Shown: piece after piece, positions 16,719 through 20,000 of the stretch
Layout of the letters: every line of letters starts with the position of its first letter
Numbering within the stretch: position 1 is the first letter of the stretch
IMG/VR virus record: IMGVR_UViG_3300042287_000536
Length of the DNA: 20,000 nt
Reading direction: 5' to 3' (one strand)
Origin: an uncultured virus (IMG/VR IMGVR_UViG_3300042287_000536)
Lineage: Duplodnaviria > Heunggongvirae > Uroviricota > Caudoviricetes
Made by a program: the position numbers and the translations under genes
Notes under the pieces: model-generated
What the model was told of the DNA's origin: nothing
Databases searched by the model: none
The model's input: the letters and a program-made list of their open reading frames with translations, nothing else

Positions 16719-16749
16719 TAAAGGTAATAATTTATTTGGATAAAGTAAA
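16719..16749 (-). promoter_or_regulatory. Candidate Bacteroidota-type promoter
   Basis: Minus strand TTTA-N19-TACCTTTA upstream of the 338-aa gene. Confidence 0.4.
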
Positions 16750-16755
16750 AATTTA

Positions 16756-17340
16756 CTAAATTAGTTTATCTTGACCAGTATAAATTTGTAAGTTAATATA
16801 CATGTTATCAATAACTGTAGCATCTAAAGATTGTGTTAAACTATTCCAAGTAGTAATTGTATAACTATATTCATCATAAAGACCTACTCTAACAATTTCA
16901 TTTAAATTACAACCTACAGAATATTTACCATGTTTAGGGTTTGAAAAAAATACTCCTATTCCATTTGCTGATATATATTTAGTTCCAATAACAAGTTGAT
17001 AAATACCAGGAGCTCCTTCTGTAAAACTTTTTATTATAAAAGGTGACTGTTTATTATCATTACAGCCTGCTTTATGTGTACAATCACAACCAATATCAGC
17101 AGGCATTTTAGGACAAGTACAAGTTGTATCACAACCATCTCCATAAAGATGAGAAGTTATGTATGGACCACCTTGTTCTCCACCAGGATTAGTTATTAAA
17201 TAAGCATAGTTAACATAAGCTACAGTATTATTAATATACTGAGTTACATTATTAATATCTTCTAAAGTTGCTAATTTATTTGCACCAATTAGTGTATTGA
17301 AAATTCTATTTTTTGTAGCAGTTAATAAAGGAATATTCAT
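16756..17340 (-). CDS. Hypothetical virion protein with a Cys cluster (head fibre/decoration candidate)
   Basis: 194 aa directly after the MCP: a short N-terminal helix (KLATLEDINNVTQYIN), a CDTTCTC...CDCTHKAGC loop and a beta-rich C-terminus. Confidence 0.45.
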   Translation of the reverse strand: MNIPLLTATKNRIFNTLIGANKLATLEDINNVTQYINNTVAYVNYAYLITNPGGEQGGPYITSHLYGDGCDTTCTCPKMPADIGCDCTHKAGCNDNKQSPFIIKSFTEGAPGIYQLVIGTKYISANGIGVFFSNPKHGKYSVGCNLNEIVRVGLYDEYSYTITTWNSLTQSLDATVIDNMYINLQIYTGQDKLI

Positions 17341-17374
17341 TGTTTTAATTTTAGTTTTAGTTTATATTTATTTG

Positions 17375-17467
17375 TCCCATATATGAGTTGCGAGCTCAAC
17401 AAAAGTCTTACACTTAATATGGGAGGAAGTACATGTGGCCAGGATGTTTATAACCCTGGCCTTGTAC
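17375..17467 (-). other. Structured intergenic element downstream of the MCP gene
   Basis: Inverted repeats GGCCAGG/CCTGGCC (17437-17443/17455-17461) and TCCCATAT/ATATGGGA (17375-17382/17417-17424), the second enclosing a TGAG/CTCA hairpin. Confidence 0.55.
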
Positions 17468-17475
17468 AAGTTTGA

Positions 17476-19101
17476 TTAGAATGATCCTCCAGTGATTGGG
17501 TTTCTCATTACAATCTTTAACACCTTAGTTGGATCTTTAACCCAAATAGCTGGCATTGTTTGTGTCATCATTACACGGTATCCATTGAAGTTACCATTTG
17601 ATTGGAACCCTTGAGTTCTTCCCATGTAATCCATAGTACCATTTTGGTAGAACCATTTTAATTGGTTATCCCAAGATAATTTTAACATGAAGATGTTATC
17701 ATTTCCTGTATCAGTGATATCAAATATAACAAATGAGTAAGAACTTAATGGGTTACCATCAATAATTGGGTTCTCAATATCATTAGTATGTAAGTTATCA
17801 AATGCTGGATTTAATACAAACTTCACATTTGCTAAGAATGGAATCACATAAGATGTGAAAGCAAATCCAAAGTTTAAGTCCATTCCTTGACCAGAGATAG
17901 CACCAATACCATTGTTGCTTGCAGCTTGGATTACTAAACCAGAGTTAACAGCTTCACGCTTGATAGCCTCATTTACTAATCTCATACCACCCATACCTGT
18001 TTGTACAATTAATTGTCTCTTAGGATCTGGACCTTGAAATTCAACACGACCTGCATAGAAGTTATATAATTCACTTCTGAACAACTCTAAGCTGAAACTA
18101 GATTTGTTATATACTCTCTTGTAAGAGTTATCTAACTGTTTCCATAAACCTACAGATAATCTCATATCATCTGGACCATCTTGCTTAATTCTACCACCAT
18201 GACCCCACATTAAGTAAGTTTCAATGTCAGTAGCAATTTTAGTTAAGTGAGCAGATTCCATGCTAGTTAAGAAAGTTCTTGTTAAAGTACCATTTCCTAC
18301 TGCACGCTTCATGTAGTCTTTACCCATTTTAGATGCAACATCTTCAATTTTAGAAATAGAAGGATCTACATTCTTATCAAAGTTTCTCCAGATCTCAGTT
18401 ACAGGAACTGTACCATCTGCATTCATTCCACCTTTTAACATTAAGTCAGCTCTTGAAGAGATTGAATAATGTACATGAGCTTCAGCACCACCTACAAAGT
18501 TATAGAATTCACGGAACCCTGATCTAGTTTGAATATCAGAGAATCTTTCTCCATACTCACCTCTAGCAGAACCTTTTCTAAATAACTTAGTTTGAGGAAC
18601 TAAATACTTGTTCTCTAAAAACTTGTAGTTATCATTGTTTACTAATTGTACAGTGTAGATAAAACCATCACCCATTGGTAAGATATCATCAGCTGTAATG
18701 TACATCTCAACACCATTGTATTTGTCATAAGTGATGATATCACCATGTCCAAATTCTCTTTTGTTGATTTTGATTTTGAAGGTTGTACCATCAATACCTT
18801 TAGTAGCATTTCCTGACTCAATATCTTCCATGATATATGGTAAATCTTGAGATACTGGAGTTTGCCATTTGTACTCACCACGTGCATTATCTACATTGAT
18901 GATGTTCTTACCACCAAAAGATGATAATTGGTAAAGAGGCATCTCTACTTTTTGAGACATAGCCCAAATGTCCACTGGACCTAAATCCATTGGTTCTGCA
19001 TCTTTTAACATGTTTACTAAGTGGTAAGAATCCACATGAGAACTAGCTTGGTAGTTTGTATCACGTAGGAATATACCATTGTTTAATACTGGAGTTGACA
19101 T
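17476..19101 (-). CDS. Major capsid protein (crAss-like, HK97 fold expected)
   Basis: 541 aa with highly expressed codon usage, downstream of an acidic scaffold-like gene. Motifs include EYKW, YTVQL, LMWGHGG...GLWKQL, TGMGGM, FGFAFTSY and a C-terminal IWVKDPTK. Confidence 0.85.
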   Translation of the reverse strand: MSTPVLNNGIFLRDTNYQASSHVDSYHLVNMLKDAEPMDLGPVDIWAMSQKVEMPLYQLSSFGGKNIINVDNARGEYKWQTPVSQDLPYIMEDIESGNATKGIDGTTFKIKINKREFGHGDIITYDKYNGVEMYITADDILPMGDGFIYTVQLVNNDNYKFLENKYLVPQTKLFRKGSARGEYGERFSDIQTRSGFREFYNFVGGAEAHVHYSISSRADLMLKGGMNADGTVPVTEIWRNFDKNVDPSISKIEDVASKMGKDYMKRAVGNGTLTRTFLTSMESAHLTKIATDIETYLMWGHGGRIKQDGPDDMRLSVGLWKQLDNSYKRVYNKSSFSLELFRSELYNFYAGRVEFQGPDPKRQLIVQTGMGGMRLVNEAIKREAVNSGLVIQAASNNGIGAISGQGMDLNFGFAFTSYVIPFLANVKFVLNPAFDNLHTNDIENPIIDGNPLSSYSFVIFDITDTGNDNIFMLKLSWDNQLKWFYQNGTMDYMGRTQGFQSNGNFNGYRVMMTQTMPAIWVKDPTKVLKIVMRNPITGGSF

Positions 19102-19151
19102 TTTTTTTGTTTTTTTGTTTTTAGTTTATACTTATTAATTTATTTGTTTGT

Positions 19152-20000
19152 TTATCTTTTAAAGAAGCTGCCACCTGTAGGTCTTGCAACTCCTGTTGTT
19201 TTTCTTTTTTCTTGAGAATCATGATCTTCACTTCCTACACCTGAAGTAATTTTATTACTTTGTTCAGTTTTAAGTTGTCTTACTGTTTTTTCTACAGCTT
19301 CTTTTTTCCCACCTTCTTTTACTTTACTTCTGTATCCTTCAGGATCAGATAATAACCAAAGAGCTTCACTAATCAATTCATGATTTGGTTCTGCATATTG
19401 GTACTTTTCTAGTAGATGACCTAATAAATTTGTAGCTCTACCAGACATTGATGGATAGTTAGCTTGAGTTAAACCAGCAAATAAAGTATTCTGAGTTTTC
19501 TTATCAAGTTTCAATCCATTTAATTCACCTGGTGAAAGAGCTTTATAAATATTATCTGTATACTTCTGAGCCTGAGCTTGTTGCTGTTTTCTCATTTGCT
19601 CTTGTTGCTGTAATTGTCTAGCAACAATTTGCTCCTGCATAGCATCTAATTTAGGTTTGAATTTATTAGCTTTAGCTTCTAACTCATCTCTATCTTTCCA
19701 AGCTTCAATCTCTTCTTCAATTTCATCAGCATCACCAAAATTAGTAGCATGTAAGTAGCTTCTAACAATTTGTTCTTGGCTAGTTTCATCTTTAGTATCT
19801 AACTCTCTGATTTCTTCTACTGCTGCTAAAGATCTAAATAAACTTTTTAGATCAGTACCACCATTAGCTACATAGTGAGCAGCTACTTGAAGTTCATTAG
19901 GTAAAGCTTCAAAGAACTCAGCAGATACATCTTCTTTAGTTTTTATAGTTTTATCATTTGTATTAGCTTCAAATAACTCTTCAAAATCTTTAAGACTATA
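19152..20000 (-). CDS. Acidic helical protein upstream of the MCP (scaffold-like, crAss gene 77 position), 5'-truncated
   Basis: The frame stays open for 120 codons upstream of the tracked Met at 19640, to the window edge (YSLKDFEELFEAN...ALPNELQVAAHYVANGG...DEIEEEIEAWKDRDELEAKA...). Confidence 0.7.
   Translation of the reverse strand, partial: YSLKDFEELFEANTNDKTIKTKEDVSAEFFEALPNELQVAAHYVANGGTDLKSLFRSLAAVEEIRELDTKDETSQEQIVRSYLHATNFGDADEIEEEIEAWKDRDELEAKANKFKPKLDAMQEQIVARQLQQQEQMRKQQQAQAQKYTDNIYKALSPGELNGLKLDKKTQNTLFAGLTQANYPSMSGRATNLLGHLLEKYQYAEPNHELISEALWLLSDPEGYRSKVKEGGKKEAVEKTVRQLKTEQSNKITSGVGSEDHDSQEKRKTTGVARPTGGSFFKR

Noticed and set aside
18642..18887. 81-aa alternate-frame ORF inside the MCP gene
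   Set aside because: It lies wholly inside the MCP gene and has the L/M/V-rich composition typical of an off-frame read.
1..20000. Active stop-codon reassignment within this window
   Set aside because: The genes tile the window fully under the standard bacterial code, with no ORFs broken by in-frame TAG or TGA.

Overview
This AT-rich, strongly CpG-poor window is part of a tailed-phage virion morphogenesis module, and every credible gene is on the minus strand. In transcription order (right to left) it holds: a 5'-truncated acidic scaffold-like gene; a 541-aa major capsid protein; a Cys-rich 194-aa protein; a 338-aa conserved protein; a cluster of eight small basic proteins with an embedded lipoprotein; an endonuclease VII/HNH gene; a tail ring-like protein; a Dps/ferritin-like protein; a 539-aa auxiliary-capsid-like protein; several Cys-rich hub/fibre-like proteins; an IHF/HU-like protein; and two more ring-like proteins, the last truncated. 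This order resembles the crAss-like (Crassvirales-related) capsid-to-tail block. Leaders without Shine-Dalgarno sites and TTTG-N19/20-TAnnTTTG-like promoters point to a Bacteroidota host. The strongest unexplained signals are (1) an HNH endonuclease that has taken over the first 8 codons of the ring gene and carries a synonymously recoded replacement 5' end, (2) a 3'-UTR hairpin whose loop is antisense to the AAACCAAC leaders of two other late genes, and (3) the cluster of small Lys-rich proteins with x-x-GG motifs. All family assignments come from motif recognition and gene order, not database searches.
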